This document shows positions 9,860 to 19,776 of a stretch of DNA of 64,000 bases, piece after piece. Under the pieces are notes generated by a model that was not told the DNA's origin, ran no database searches, and saw only the letters and a list, made by a program, of their open reading frames with translations. This DNA is from Candidatus Peribacteria bacterium (lineage in GTDB: Bacteria > Patescibacteriota > Gracilibacteria > Peribacterales > Peribacteraceae): contig JBEPVF010000001.1 of NCBI GenBank assembly GCA_041691135.1, positions 224,001-288,000 of the forward strand, written 5' to 3'. Numbering within the stretch: position 1 is the first letter of the stretch; the number at the start of each line of letters is the position of its first letter. The position numbers and the translations under genes are program-made.

Positions 9860-10297
9860 ATGGCAATCCGAAAAATCGATCACGTGGGCATAATCGTTCA
9901 GAATCTGGCTGCAGCGAAAGAATTTTTTCTTGACCTTGGACTCGTGCTCCAGGGCGAAGCAACTGTGAAAGGCGAGTGGGCGGAGAAGGTGATAGCCCTA
10001 AAAAACGTAAAGGCAGACATCGCAATGCTGCAGACGCCGGATGGTCAAATGAGTGTGGAGCTGAGCCAGTTTCATACGCCTCCAAGCGCGAAAGAGGAAC
10101 ACTATCCTTTGTCGAATACATTGGGCATTCGGCATATAGCATTCATCGTGGACGACATCGACGCCATCGTCGCCCGCTTGAAAAGCAAAGGCACGGAAAC
10201 GTTCAGCGACGTGCAAAACTATCAGGATGTATACAAATTATGCTACATCCGCGGCCCCGAAGGCATAATCCTGGAATTGGCCGAGGAGCTTCGATAG
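9860..10297 (+). CDS. VOC/glyoxalase family protein
   Basis: IDHVGIIV, GIRHIAFIVDDID, RGPEGIILELAE. Confidence 0.9.
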   Translation: MAIRKIDHVGIIVQNLAAAKEFFLDLGLVLQGEATVKGEWAEKVIALKNVKADIAMLQTPDGQMSVELSQFHTPPSAKEEHYPLSNTLGIRHIAFIVDDIDAIVARLKSKGTETFSDVQNYQDVYKLCYIRGPEGIILELAEELR

Positions 10298-10315
10298 CGC
10301 CCATATACTGAGCCA

Positions 10316-12079
10316 TCAACTCTGCCGCTTCCCATGCAGCAGCATTTCGAGTGCGTGATCGAATGAGCCGGCACGGATCACGTCTCCCGCATTCACGAAG
10401 TATATTTCATCCGCATTCTCGATAGTATTGAGGCGGTGCGCGATGATCACTCGCGTCGTTTCTTTGGAAAGCTTTTCTAATATTTCCTCCAAGAGCTGTT
10501 CCGTGACGGTATCGATGTTCGCCGTCGCTTCGTCGAGAATCAGAATATCCGGATTCCTCAGTACCACCCGCATGAAGGCAATGAGTTGCCGTTGACCCAA
10601 GCTGATGGCTTCGCCGCCGCTCGTGACCTTTGTTTGCAGCCCCTGTTCGAAGCGCGCAAGCAGCTGATCGAGATTCGCTTTCTCGAGATGTTCGATCACC
10701 TCACTGTCCGACAAATTCTTGTACTGATCATTGCCGTACAGGATATTTTCCCGCACGGTTCCGGTGAACAGAAAAGGCTCCTGTAGGATGAATCCGATTT
10801 TTTGCGTACGTTCACTGGGTTCATAGGAACGAATATCTTTCCCCTCAAGAAGCACCTTCCCTTCCGTGGGATCGTACAAGCGCGCCATGAGTGAGGCTGT
10901 CGTCGTCTTACCGCCTCCGGTCGGTCCGACCAGCGCATAGGTTTTCCCTCGCTCGAGAGTAAGACTGATGCCATGAAGGACTTCTTTACCGTCGGGATAG
11001 CTGAAATGCACGTCCTGGAATTCCAAGAACGGTGCAGGGAGCTGTGCCTTTTCTGCCGGCACGACTGTCATATCCGATTCAAGCGCGAGAATGGCCGCAA
11101 TGCGATCCCAGCCGGCCATTCCAGCTTGAAAGGAAGCCCACACCGACGCCAACTGTCGCAGTGGATCGTAGAAGCGCGTCACGTAGGCCAGGAAGCTGAT
11201 GAGGAGTCCGATTGTGAACGCGCCGGTCGTGATCAACTCGATGCCGTAGGCGAGCACGATGAGCTGCGCCAAGTTGCTGCAAAAGCCATAGATGGGAGTG
11301 AAGATGTTGTTGGCGATGCCCGCTTTGACGGACATCGAGAAGTTCTCCTCGTTAGCGGCACCAAAGCGCGTGCGGAAGTAATCACGACGGTTGAATGCAA
11401 CGACGACTTTGAAGTTATGGAGACTCTCCTGAATCTCGGCACTCAATCCACCGATCGCCTGCAGGCTGAGCGTGTTCTTGCGCCTGATCCATGCCGAGAG
11501 AATTTGTGTGATGATAAGGAGTCCGAGAGCCGGAAGGAGCGCGGCCCCGCCCAGCCGAATATTGAGGGACAGGAGAAAAATTCCCGCTCCGACGATCATG
11601 AACAGGTTCCCGATGAACTGCATCAGGGCCTGCGAGAAGAATTGATTCAGTTTGTCCGTATCGTTATTGATGCGCGAAATAAGGTCACCGGCTTTATTCT
11701 GATTGAAGAAGGCTACCGGAAGCGCCTGTAATTTGGTGAATACGGCGTTACGAAGATTAAAGAGCAAGCGCTGCCCGATGCCGCCCATGAGCGTCGTCTG
11801 GAAATAGTTGGCGACGAGTGCCGTGGCATAGATGACCAGGAGAATCGCCGAGAAGAGCAGGACTCCTTGATACTGTCCGGTCACGACATAGGCATCGATG
11901 GTATGGCCGATGAGCAATGGCGCAAGGAGGTTCAATCCGGCATTCAGGACAATCGCAACGATTGCCAGCACGAGCGTCCACTTTTCATCTTTGAGGAGCG
12001 GCCACAACTTCAGGAGCGCTGAGAAAGCACTCGAGGGCTTTGGTGCGGGGCCGGTGGAGTGAGAGAGTGCGTACTTCAT
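10316..12079 (-). CDS. ABC exporter, fused permease/ATPase
   Basis: TM domain; GPTGGGKT, ISLGQRQ, ILDEAT. Confidence 0.92.
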   Translation of the reverse strand: MKYALSHSTGPAPKPSSAFSALLKLWPLLKDEKWTLVLAIVAIVLNAGLNLLAPLLIGHTIDAYVVTGQYQGVLLFSAILLVIYATALVANYFQTTLMGGIGQRLLFNLRNAVFTKLQALPVAFFNQNKAGDLISRINNDTDKLNQFFSQALMQFIGNLFMIVGAGIFLLSLNIRLGGAALLPALGLLIITQILSAWIRRKNTLSLQAIGGLSAEIQESLHNFKVVVAFNRRDYFRTRFGAANEENFSMSVKAGIANNIFTPIYGFCSNLAQLIVLAYGIELITTGAFTIGLLISFLAYVTRFYDPLRQLASVWASFQAGMAGWDRIAAILALESDMTVVPAEKAQLPAPFLEFQDVHFSYPDGKEVLHGISLTLERGKTYALVGPTGGGKTTTASLMARLYDPTEGKVLLEGKDIRSYEPSERTQKIGFILQEPFLFTGTVRENILYGNDQYKNLSDSEVIEHLEKANLDQLLARFEQGLQTKVTSGGEAISLGQRQLIAFMRVVLRNPDILILDEATANIDTVTEQLLEEILEKLSKETTRVIIAHRLNTIENADEIYFVNAGDVIRAGSFDHALEMLLHGKRQS

Positions 12080-13818
12080 AATTGACTGGTGCTGCGTTGT
12101 GATTGATAAATTTGGACATACTCGGGCGATGTCTTCATGAGTTCCTCGTGCGTGCCCTGCGCCAATAATTCACCCTCCATAAGCAGAATGACCTGATCGA
12201 ACGTCTGCGCCGATGCGATCTTCTGTGTGACGGAAACCAGGGTGATACCGGAATAATTGCGGAGGACATTCGCAAGAATTTTTTGTTCGGTATTCGTGTC
12301 TACACGCGCAGTGAAATCATCGAGGAGAAGTACTCTCGGATTCAAAGCCAATGCACGTGCCAGCATGATGCGCTGCTTCTGACCGCCGGAGAGGTTAGTT
12401 CCGCGCTCGGAGACGATCGTGTCGAACTTCTCCGGAAGTTCATTGATAAAATCCTGCAATTCTGCGGTTTCGATTGCCTTCTGCATGTCTTCATCCCGCA
12501 CGCTGTCGCCGAAAGCGATATTCTCGCGCACGGACATGTTGAAAATGATGCTGTCTTGGAACACGAGTCCGATCTGTCGATGAAATGCGGTTTTCTCGTA
12601 TGCTTCCAACGGCTTCCCATCGTACTCAATCGACCCGGATGTGGGTTGGATCAATCCCGTGAGCAAGGCAAGCAGCTGCGTCTTCCCGGCTCCGGTCGGA
12701 CCGATGATGGCAGTTCTTGTTCCCGCCTTCACCGAAAAGGAAACCTGTTTGAGCGCGGCTTTTTCTCCGAACATAAGGGAGACGTCTTTGAGCGCGATAT
12801 CACCGCGCAGAAGAGACGTGTCGGTTCCGACAGCTTCCTCTTCTTTACTGACGAGTACCTCGACAATTCTTTGATACGAAGCCGTCGCTCGCGCGATGAC
12901 CGTGCTCATAAATCCGAGGATGATGATCGGAAAAATAAGAATCGACAGATAACTGTTGAAGGCGGCGAATTGCCCAAGCGTCATGGTGCCCGCGATGACG
13001 AAATGTCCGCCGAGAGCGAGAATAACGAGTGCCGCAACGTTCGCAACGAACGTGATGACTGGAATCAAGGACGCAAAGAGACGCAGGATTTGCATCCCCA
13101 AATCTTTTGCATTCGCATTGGCAGCCACGAACTTGTCATATTCGTATTGCTGCGAGTTGAGCACCCGGATCAACGCGGACCCAAGAATGCTTTCGTTGAT
13201 GACTTTGTTCAGCCAGTCGATGACTTCCTGCGTCTTGCGGAAAAGTGAGCTCACTTTTCTGAAGACGAAGAAAAATGCGCCTCCGATGATGGGGATGATG
13301 GCAAGCACCGCGAGCGCAAGTTTCCAGTTAAGAAAGAGAAGCAATGCGCTGGCCCCGATAATGAGAACGATGGAAGAGACGATGGACACAACTGCTTGCG
13401 AGACGAACATCTTCACCGAATCGACATCGGATGTCAGATTCGTCAGCAGCTTGCCAGGTGTCACATTCTGCACGAAAGCGGCGCTCTGCCTGGAAATTTT
13501 TGCAGATGTCTGCTGGCGCAGATCGCGGGCAACGCGTTCGGAGGCATATGTCTGAATGATGCTCTGCAGGTAAGCGAAAATGAAAACGGCAAGAGCTGCG
13601 AGTGAGAACTCCAGCACGACCGTCTGCACGGCAAAGTGTCCTTGGGTGTAGGCGTCGATCCCACGTGAAACAATCAGCGGAATTATGAGGTTAAGGCTAT
13701 TACTAAGGAGCGCGAAGACAATGAGCAAGACGATCCAACCGGTATACGGCTTGAGAAGCCCGATCAGATTCGTCGCAGGGACCGTCGGGGCCGGCGATGT
13801 GTTCTGCTTGTCAGACAT
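12076..13818 (-). CDS. ABC exporter, fused permease/ATPase (degenerate-site subunit)
   Basis: GPTGAGKT, LSGGQKQ, LLDD Walker B; 4-nt overlap with partner suggests a heterodimer. Confidence 0.92.
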   Translation of the reverse strand: MSDKQNTSPAPTVPATNLIGLLKPYTGWIVLLIVFALLSNSLNLIIPLIVSRGIDAYTQGHFAVQTVVLEFSLAALAVFIFAYLQSIIQTYASERVARDLRQQTSAKISRQSAAFVQNVTPGKLLTNLTSDVDSVKMFVSQAVVSIVSSIVLIIGASALLLFLNWKLALAVLAIIPIIGGAFFFVFRKVSSLFRKTQEVIDWLNKVINESILGSALIRVLNSQQYEYDKFVAANANAKDLGMQILRLFASLIPVITFVANVAALVILALGGHFVIAGTMTLGQFAAFNSYLSILIFPIIILGFMSTVIARATASYQRIVEVLVSKEEEAVGTDTSLLRGDIALKDVSLMFGEKAALKQVSFSVKAGTRTAIIGPTGAGKTQLLALLTGLIQPTSGSIEYDGKPLEAYEKTAFHRQIGLVFQDSIIFNMSVRENIAFGDSVRDEDMQKAIETAELQDFINELPEKFDTIVSERGTNLSGGQKQRIMLARALALNPRVLLLDDFTARVDTNTEQKILANVLRNYSGITLVSVTQKIASAQTFDQVILLMEGELLAQGTHEELMKTSPEYVQIYQSQRSTSQL

Positions 13819-13821
13819 AGG

Positions 13822-14250
13822 TTACCGCTGCGTACGGGAGAGTTTTTGCTGGAGTACTGCCAATTGTTTCAGTTCGTTATCCGTCAGTGGCGAAAGAATC
13901 TGAGTGAGTGCCTTCAGACGCTGCTCGCGTGCTTCCTTCAGTAATTTCTCTCCTTTCTTCGTGAGGATCAGACGGATCTTCCTCCGATCGTCCGCATCTT
14001 CGGTGCGCGATATCAATGCCAACTGCACCAGGGAATCGACCAACTGTGTGGCCGCACTGGAGGTCATACAGAGTTGCTCTGCAAGCTCCTTAATGCTGAG
14101 CGCCTTCCCCTGGGCAACCACGAACAGGATACCCAATTGAGCACGTGTGGGTGCGTTGGGACTTGCATTGACCGGCTTTGGCGGCATGAATGCATGGCGC
14201 ATATAGCGATAGCTATCAAATACATCAATGATGAGCTGTGCTCGATCCAT
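13822..14250 (-). CDS. MarR family transcriptional regulator
   Basis: SIKELAEQL...ATQLVDSL...DRRKIRLILTKKG winged helix. Confidence 0.9.
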   Translation of the reverse strand: MDRAQLIIDVFDSYRYMRHAFMPPKPVNASPNAPTRAQLGILFVVAQGKALSIKELAEQLCMTSSAATQLVDSLVQLALISRTEDADDRRKIRLILTKKGEKLLKEAREQRLKALTQILSPLTDNELKQLAVLQQKLSRTQR

Positions 14251-14262
14251 GGAATTGGATGA

Positions 14263-14289
14263 TAAGAAACTTAATAAGTAAGTTTCTTA
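14263..14289. promoter_or_regulatory. probable MarR operator
   Basis: Perfect inverted repeat TAAGAAACTTA-5nt-TAAGTTTCTTA just upstream of marR. Confidence 0.75.
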
Positions 14290-14422
14290 ACAATATAGGA
14301 ATACCATTTGAAGTCAAATACAATAACTAGTTCGTGTCGTTTGATTCTCGTCCCCCTAGATTTCTAATGACACGAGAATAATTCTGCGTCTTTCCAATTT
14401 TAGAAATAGTGCACATTGAAAT

Positions 14423-14443
14423 GCGGCGGGTGTTACCCGCCGC
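14423..14443 (-). terminator. hairpin after small membrane ORF
   Basis: GCGGCGGGT-GTT-ACCCGCCGC. Confidence 0.55.
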
Positions 14444-14450
14444 TGTGCCG

Positions 14451-14711
14451 TCAGCTCTTAAGCTGAAGGCTCTTCCGCCTGCGTGTGTCTCTGCGCCGTT
14501 TTTTCCGTTGACTACGGCGCGGCAGACGCCACGAGGTCTCCCACCCCGGGGGAACCAAGGAGAAAACGATCCCCACGATGAGGCTGAAGACCAACACTAC
14601 AAACATCGCAGCAATCGGACCGTTCTGATTCCCTGCTGCCATTCCTGGCAGAAACACAATCAGAAAGACACCCATCAAAGACACAACGTCTTTGAATTTC
14701 TGACCAACCAT
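14451..14711 (-). CDS. small membrane protein, 2 TM plus basic tail
   Basis: GAGGAG SD before ATG 14711; two hydrophobic helices; Arg/Lys-rich C-terminus. Confidence 0.6.
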   Translation of the reverse strand: MVGQKFKDVVSLMGVFLIVFLPGMAAGNQNGPIAAMFVVLVFSLIVGIVFSLVPPGWETSWRLPRRSQRKKRRRDTRRRKSLQLKS

Positions 14712-15091
14712 TGTGGATCTCCTCATGACGTAGGCCGTAAGTCTGTGGAAGCCACAAACCCTGGCCTATTCCTAGAAATATAGCAGGCGGAACTGCAGCA
14801 CTCGGTGAGTGCGGCAGAGAACCTGCTATGTATGCAATGTTGTAAAAGATCAAGACACGTCGAAATCGGCCCGCGCGAGACCGATCGGGCTAAATAACAC
14901 AGTATAATCAAAAAAACAAGGGTCGGCTTTTTTAAAAAAGCTTAAATTGCTTGTTAAAACAACATTTCAATTTTGGCTTTAAAAACTATCACGCAATTGC
15001 CTGCGACTTGGGTTTGAATCTGAATTTTCCTGCGAAGAGAGGATATCGGTTTCATTGACTAATTTAATAATAGTTTTATATTTTTATCATA

Positions 15092-16054
15092 ATGAATAAA
15101 GGTATTTTCTTAGTGGGGCGACAGCAAGCCAATGAGACTTTGGATAGGGAGGGCAAGTTTCGCAATACCTTGCGACGAAACCTGTTTAACGATCACAACA
15201 CTATCGTTGCGCTGGGTAACATTGGAACAAACGACATCCCTTACTTTAGGAAAAAAATACGAGAAGTTTGTACAAAGATGCCCTATGTTGAAGTAGGAAC
15301 CGAGACAGCCATAGCGCAAGGAACTATGTTGCCTATGCATTTAACAGCAAAGAACTTTTTTGACGAGATGAAGTTTCGGGAAATCATCTGCGATTTTTGC
15401 CAACATTTAGCTGATCGACCATTAATGCATTTTTTATCGCTATTCAGCGAGGAAGATTGGGCACAGCATTTAAAGGAATGTTCGTATGCTCTGGAGAAAT
15501 TAAAACAGGACAAAGAGGTATCCGGCGAAAAGATGACTTGCTTCGAGAGACAAAGCCGGCTCAACGGACAAGCAGCGGAATTTGTTCTGGCAACTGTCTT
15601 GAAGCGTATGCTTTCGCAATTCAAATCTGATTGGGTTTTGCATGACAAAAGCGGCGGCGATATTCCTTTGGGGAAAGGTTATTCAATTATTTTTGATCAC
15701 CATAAATACAGCGGATCGTTAGTTCCTCAAAATGGCAAAGGCAATACCATCGAAGAATATGACTCAGTAATGGTAAACGGCAATCAGATACTTACCTTCG
15801 ATATAACGACCTCGTACCATGCAGTGCTTGATAAGTTTCACAAAGTTAATAATTCATGGTTTCTATCCGAGATGGTGTCAACGCCTGAACATCCCATTAA
15901 AATGAAAACTTTATTTTTTAAATCAGGAAAAAATAGTAAGCCTCATGAAGCTGTAATAAGAGGGCATGGAACGTATTTTTATTCAGAGCTACCTTTTAAA
16001 TCATTCGTTGCGTATATCTCAAAAAAGTCTGATCAAATATTTGAAAATTACTAA
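15092..16054 (+). CDS. hypothetical protein, possible PD-(D/E)XK nuclease fold
   Basis: AT-rich 320-aa ORF; NGQAAE helix and EEYDSV...FDITT pattern. Confidence 0.55.
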   Translation: MNKGIFLVGRQQANETLDREGKFRNTLRRNLFNDHNTIVALGNIGTNDIPYFRKKIREVCTKMPYVEVGTETAIAQGTMLPMHLTAKNFFDEMKFREIICDFCQHLADRPLMHFLSLFSEEDWAQHLKECSYALEKLKQDKEVSGEKMTCFERQSRLNGQAAEFVLATVLKRMLSQFKSDWVLHDKSGGDIPLGKGYSIIFDHHKYSGSLVPQNGKGNTIEEYDSVMVNGNQILTFDITTSYHAVLDKFHKVNNSWFLSEMVSTPEHPIKMKTLFFKSGKNSKPHEAVIRGHGTYFYSELPFKSFVAYISKKSDQIFENY

Positions 16055-16062
16055 AGTCGCAT

Positions 16063-16509
16063 TTATTTCTCCGCCGTCACCTCCATCGGCACTGTCTGCT
16101 GCGCATTGCCGACTTGCACTTGAATGGTGAACTTACCGACAGCCTTGATAGGCTGTTCGATGACCACTGCGTCGGAAGCAATATCGAGATCGTGCTGAAC
16201 TTTGAAGGCTTCCCTGATCTGTTCCTCAGAAATAGCGGCGTAGAGCTTGCCTGTCTTGGATGCCTTGCGTGCGAGTTGAAGTGACTTGCCAGCCAGCGCA
16301 GATGCGGCCTGAACCTGTCGTGAGCGATCGCTTTCCTTTTCCTCGGCGCGCTTGCGGATCTGATCTGCGTAGCGTTTGCGCACGGTAGGCGTGGCCACGA
16401 GTGCTTTTCGGGTAGGGAGAAGGCAGTTCAGTGCAAAACCATCACCAACAACGAGGAGATCATTTTTCTTGCCGATGCCGTTTACGTCTTCCAAGAGGAG
16501 AACTTCCAT
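16063..16509 (-). CDS. rplI: 50S ribosomal protein bL9
   Basis: MEVLLLEDVNGIGKKNDLLVVGDGFALNCLLP; GKLYAAI. Confidence 0.92.
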   Translation of the reverse strand: MEVLLLEDVNGIGKKNDLLVVGDGFALNCLLPTRKALVATPTVRKRYADQIRKRAEEKESDRSRQVQAASALAGKSLQLARKASKTGKLYAAISEEQIREAFKVQHDLDIASDAVVIEQPIKAVGKFTIQVQVGNAQQTVPMEVTAEK

Positions 16510-16741
16510 AAGAGTGAGAGTGTATTGATGGGTCCGAGACCCGTCGTTCATGCAATAAAAGAGCCAATGCAGCTTACGCCAGTCAGTAGTTTTCGTCAAT
16601 GGACAAAGAGGAGCGGGGGTGTGGGGTGATAGAAAGAAAAGTGGCATTCGCGAGATTCAAGCTATTCAGACGTGAAGGAGTGAGTGCCGAACAAAAAAAA
16701 TGAACAATCATTGTAGTCGTGAGTGATTACTTGGATCTCTA

Positions 16742-18961
16742 TTACAGGAGACTGGGTAGCCACCCAAAAAATGACCACCAGCTCTTGCCGTCCTTGAATA
16801 TTCGTTGTTCTTTGACATACCAATTGTGCAACGTGAGGAAGCGATCGGAGTGGAGTGACAAGGTTCCAAGCTGCACACCCAACAGATGCTGATGATGCGT
16901 GTACGTGTAGAGAGGGGAATAGAGGAAAACGGCTGGCACGTCATTCTTCAGCACTTCCTCCAGATCTTTGAGCGCCTTCTGCCGCTCCTGTTCATTGGAT
17001 GTGCGTCGAACTGTTTCGAGCAAAGTGTCGGCTTTGAAAGAAGAATATTGCGACAGGTTGTAGGCGTCGCGGCGCAGATCCTTGGCATCGCCACTCAGCT
17101 TCTGCTTGCCGCTGGAATGCCAGTACGGATAGCTGTCCAGATTGTCGAGCAATGACTGGCCGAACAGCAGCACATCGTAATCTCGGCGCTGCATTTTATC
17201 CTGGAAGGCATCCATTGTTTCCGGCACATCCACTATCACCTGCACGCCCAACTGCAGCCATTGCTCTTTGATCTTATTGGCAATCTGCGCGTACGTCGGC
17301 GGCGCATTGCTCGTCAGCAGATGCAGCGTGAGCAATTGGCCTTTCTCGTTGCGCCGGATGCTCACCGGATCGGCGGGCTTACGACGGCGAATGAAACCTT
17401 TATCCAGATACATCTGCTGCGTCGTCAGTTTCTCGGATGCCGGTGTGTTCGCATCTTTCGACTGCAGAAAGATGTTCACCATCTGTTGCTCTTCCAACGC
17501 ACGTGCATACGTACCCGGATCAGCGGCGCGAAAGACGTAGATCGAATCGATTGTCTTGCCGCTCGGCAATGTGAGCCGCAACAGATTCTCGCCCACCCGC
17601 AGCGAGCCTGTGCCGTGTACGGTCGGGAGCGCCACCATCCATGCACCGGAGTTGGTCGGATTGCGCTGCAAGGGCAAACCATTGAGCAAGGCCGACCGGT
17701 CGATGCCATTTGCATACGTTCCCGACAGCGTAAGAACGGCACCCGTAGAAAGGTAGACGATAGGCGGCACCTTAAGGACGCCAACATCATTGGCTTCTTT
17801 TACTTCCAACAAATGTTGGAGCCGCAGACGTTCCGGTACGAACCAGCGCGAGGAGTACAACGCGCCCTGCGCGGCATCGGCATCAAAATGATAGCGCCAG
17901 TCGGTCTGGTTGATCTCGAGTAGGGGAGTATCGACGATATTCTTCTCGTGAATCGTATCGACGATGGCCTGCTTGTTGGTCCCGAGTTGCAGACCCAAAC
18001 GCAGCTTCTGATCCGTCAGCGTCGGATGATCCATATTGAAGAATAACGCGACGTACTGGGGTAGCGTGTAGCTTATGCCCTCGAAATGTTTGGGCACCGC
18101 CGGTTCACCTTTGTCGTTATGCGGCACAAAGCGAATTCCATCCAGGTTGTGAAGATCCGAGAGGAGCGACTGGTAATCCGGGAAAATACGGAACACGATC
18201 CGGTCCAGCTGATAAGGAGGCGGGATGGTGCGCTGGAATCTTTCCAATGTCACTTCAGTCGACAGGTCCGTCTCGACCACCGTTTTTATCTTGTACGGCC
18301 CGGCCCCGACGGGAGAGGTGCTGAGTCCGATGATCTGATCCAGATTATCCGGGTTGATGCCCTGGAAGGATCGTTCTGACAGCAACCCCAGCGTGAGATT
18401 GCTCGGGAAAAAACTGTACGGCTCAGCCAACTTAAAACGTACCGTCCGGTCATCGATTTTCTCGATCGTCACGCCGCGGAAGTTCTGTTGCAGAATGAGA
18501 TTCGGAAAGTTCGGTTCCTGTGTCGTGCGGTACGTGAACACCACATCATCGGCCGTCACCGGATGCGGATCTTTGTCGGTCGAATCCTGCCAGAACAAAT
18601 TATCCTTCAGCGTGAGTGTGTACGTTTTTGCATCCGACGAAACCTCCATGGTCGCCAGATCGTCTTCGATGCGTTTGGTTTCGGGGTTGTATCGCAGCAG
18701 ACCGGCGAACACGAGCGACACGATGTCGCGGTTCACATCATTCTGCACCGTGAGCCACGGATTCAACGGACCGGGAACGCCGACCGAGCCTTCGATGTAC
18801 GTTCCGCCACGCTTGGGAGTGAAGACGGTATTCTGCACGTAAAAAAGTCTGAGCAGCCCGGCGAAACTCAACACGAAGAGTGCGAGCAGGCTCAGGAGCG
18901 TGTACCGTTCCCAACGCGACATTGCCCCAAAAATTTTTAAGGCGCGGGTCCTCAAATTCAT
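16742..18961 (-). CDS. family 5 (OppA/DppA-like) solute-binding protein with large insertion
   Basis: TM anchor, LNP, GLLRY, VTADDVVFT, PVGAGPYK; start 18961 or 18970. Confidence 0.85.
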   Translation of the reverse strand: MNLRTRALKIFGAMSRWERYTLLSLLALFVLSFAGLLRLFYVQNTVFTPKRGGTYIEGSVGVPGPLNPWLTVQNDVNRDIVSLVFAGLLRYNPETKRIEDDLATMEVSSDAKTYTLTLKDNLFWQDSTDKDPHPVTADDVVFTYRTTQEPNFPNLILQQNFRGVTIEKIDDRTVRFKLAEPYSFFPSNLTLGLLSERSFQGINPDNLDQIIGLSTSPVGAGPYKIKTVVETDLSTEVTLERFQRTIPPPYQLDRIVFRIFPDYQSLLSDLHNLDGIRFVPHNDKGEPAVPKHFEGISYTLPQYVALFFNMDHPTLTDQKLRLGLQLGTNKQAIVDTIHEKNIVDTPLLEINQTDWRYHFDADAAQGALYSSRWFVPERLRLQHLLEVKEANDVGVLKVPPIVYLSTGAVLTLSGTYANGIDRSALLNGLPLQRNPTNSGAWMVALPTVHGTGSLRVGENLLRLTLPSGKTIDSIYVFRAADPGTYARALEEQQMVNIFLQSKDANTPASEKLTTQQMYLDKGFIRRRKPADPVSIRRNEKGQLLTLHLLTSNAPPTYAQIANKIKEQWLQLGVQVIVDVPETMDAFQDKMQRRDYDVLLFGQSLLDNLDSYPYWHSSGKQKLSGDAKDLRRDAYNLSQYSSFKADTLLETVRRTSNEQERQKALKDLEEVLKNDVPAVFLYSPLYTYTHHQHLLGVQLGTLSLHSDRFLTLHNWYVKEQRIFKDGKSWWSFFGWLPSLL

Positions 18962-19070
18962 CCCAGGCATGATACCAGAAAAAAGAAGAGCGCGAACGGA
19001 GAAGTCTGCGACTTTGCACGAATGAGTTCATGCAAAAAACTTCATTCACCGCACATCTCACTCAGGGCTT

Positions 19071-19283
19071 TTAGAAGAACCACTCTGCGATCGTGAGGCC
19101 GAAGAAAATAACGCTCAGCCAGATCGTGAATCGAAAGATGACCTTCTCGGCACCACGACGCTGCACGAATGTGGCACCCGAACCGCCGAACGTTGCCGAC
19201 AAGCCCGACATACGGTGCTGAATCAGAATGCACAGCGACAGGAGAATAGAAACGACGACTTGTATCCAGAGGATGAAATTCAT
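19071..19283 (-). CDS. secG: preprotein translocase subunit SecG
   Basis: ILIQ...GLSATFGG...RRGAEK; two TM. Confidence 0.92.
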   Translation of the reverse strand: MNFILWIQVVVSILLSLCILIQHRMSGLSATFGGSGATFVQRRGAEKVIFRFTIWLSVIFFGLTIAEWFF

Positions 19284-19604
19284 GGTCGAATAGTAGGGGA
19301 AGAACTACCTTTTTTCAATGTCAGGAAAATGCAAGTAAAGATTTGACGCAATTTGAGCAATAGCCGTCTCTAGTTGGCCAGGATTACAGGAATGTGCTCC
19401 TGGCAAAATCCACTAAGATGTTATGAATTCCTTCCAATGGCACGCTCGTATGGTCATCAAAGTGTCGTTTTTTATGCAAGCAAAAGATCCACAGGGAGGG
19501 GTTGGGAGGTCCTCCTCCCAATCAAACAACTCCACCATTCGGCTCTTTACTTTATCAAAAACAGGAACCTAATCCTGGCAATGGATTATCCTCCTAAAGC
19601 CGAA

Positions 19605-19681
19605 TGGTGGGCGCCAAGGGATTCGAACCCCTGACCTACTCGGTGTAAGCGAGTCGCTCTAACCAGCTGAGCTAGGCGCCC
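19605..19681 (-). tRNA. tRNA-Val, anticodon TAC
   Basis: Minus-strand cloverleaf GGGCGCC...CT-TAC-AC...TTCGAAT...CCA. Confidence 0.95.
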
Positions 19682-19776
19682 AAACTTCCTCTTTTATGAG
19701 TATAGAGAAACATGATCACGGCGTCGACACCACGAAAGACGTTCTTGGCATCCAAATTGCAGCCCCAGGCAGGCAA

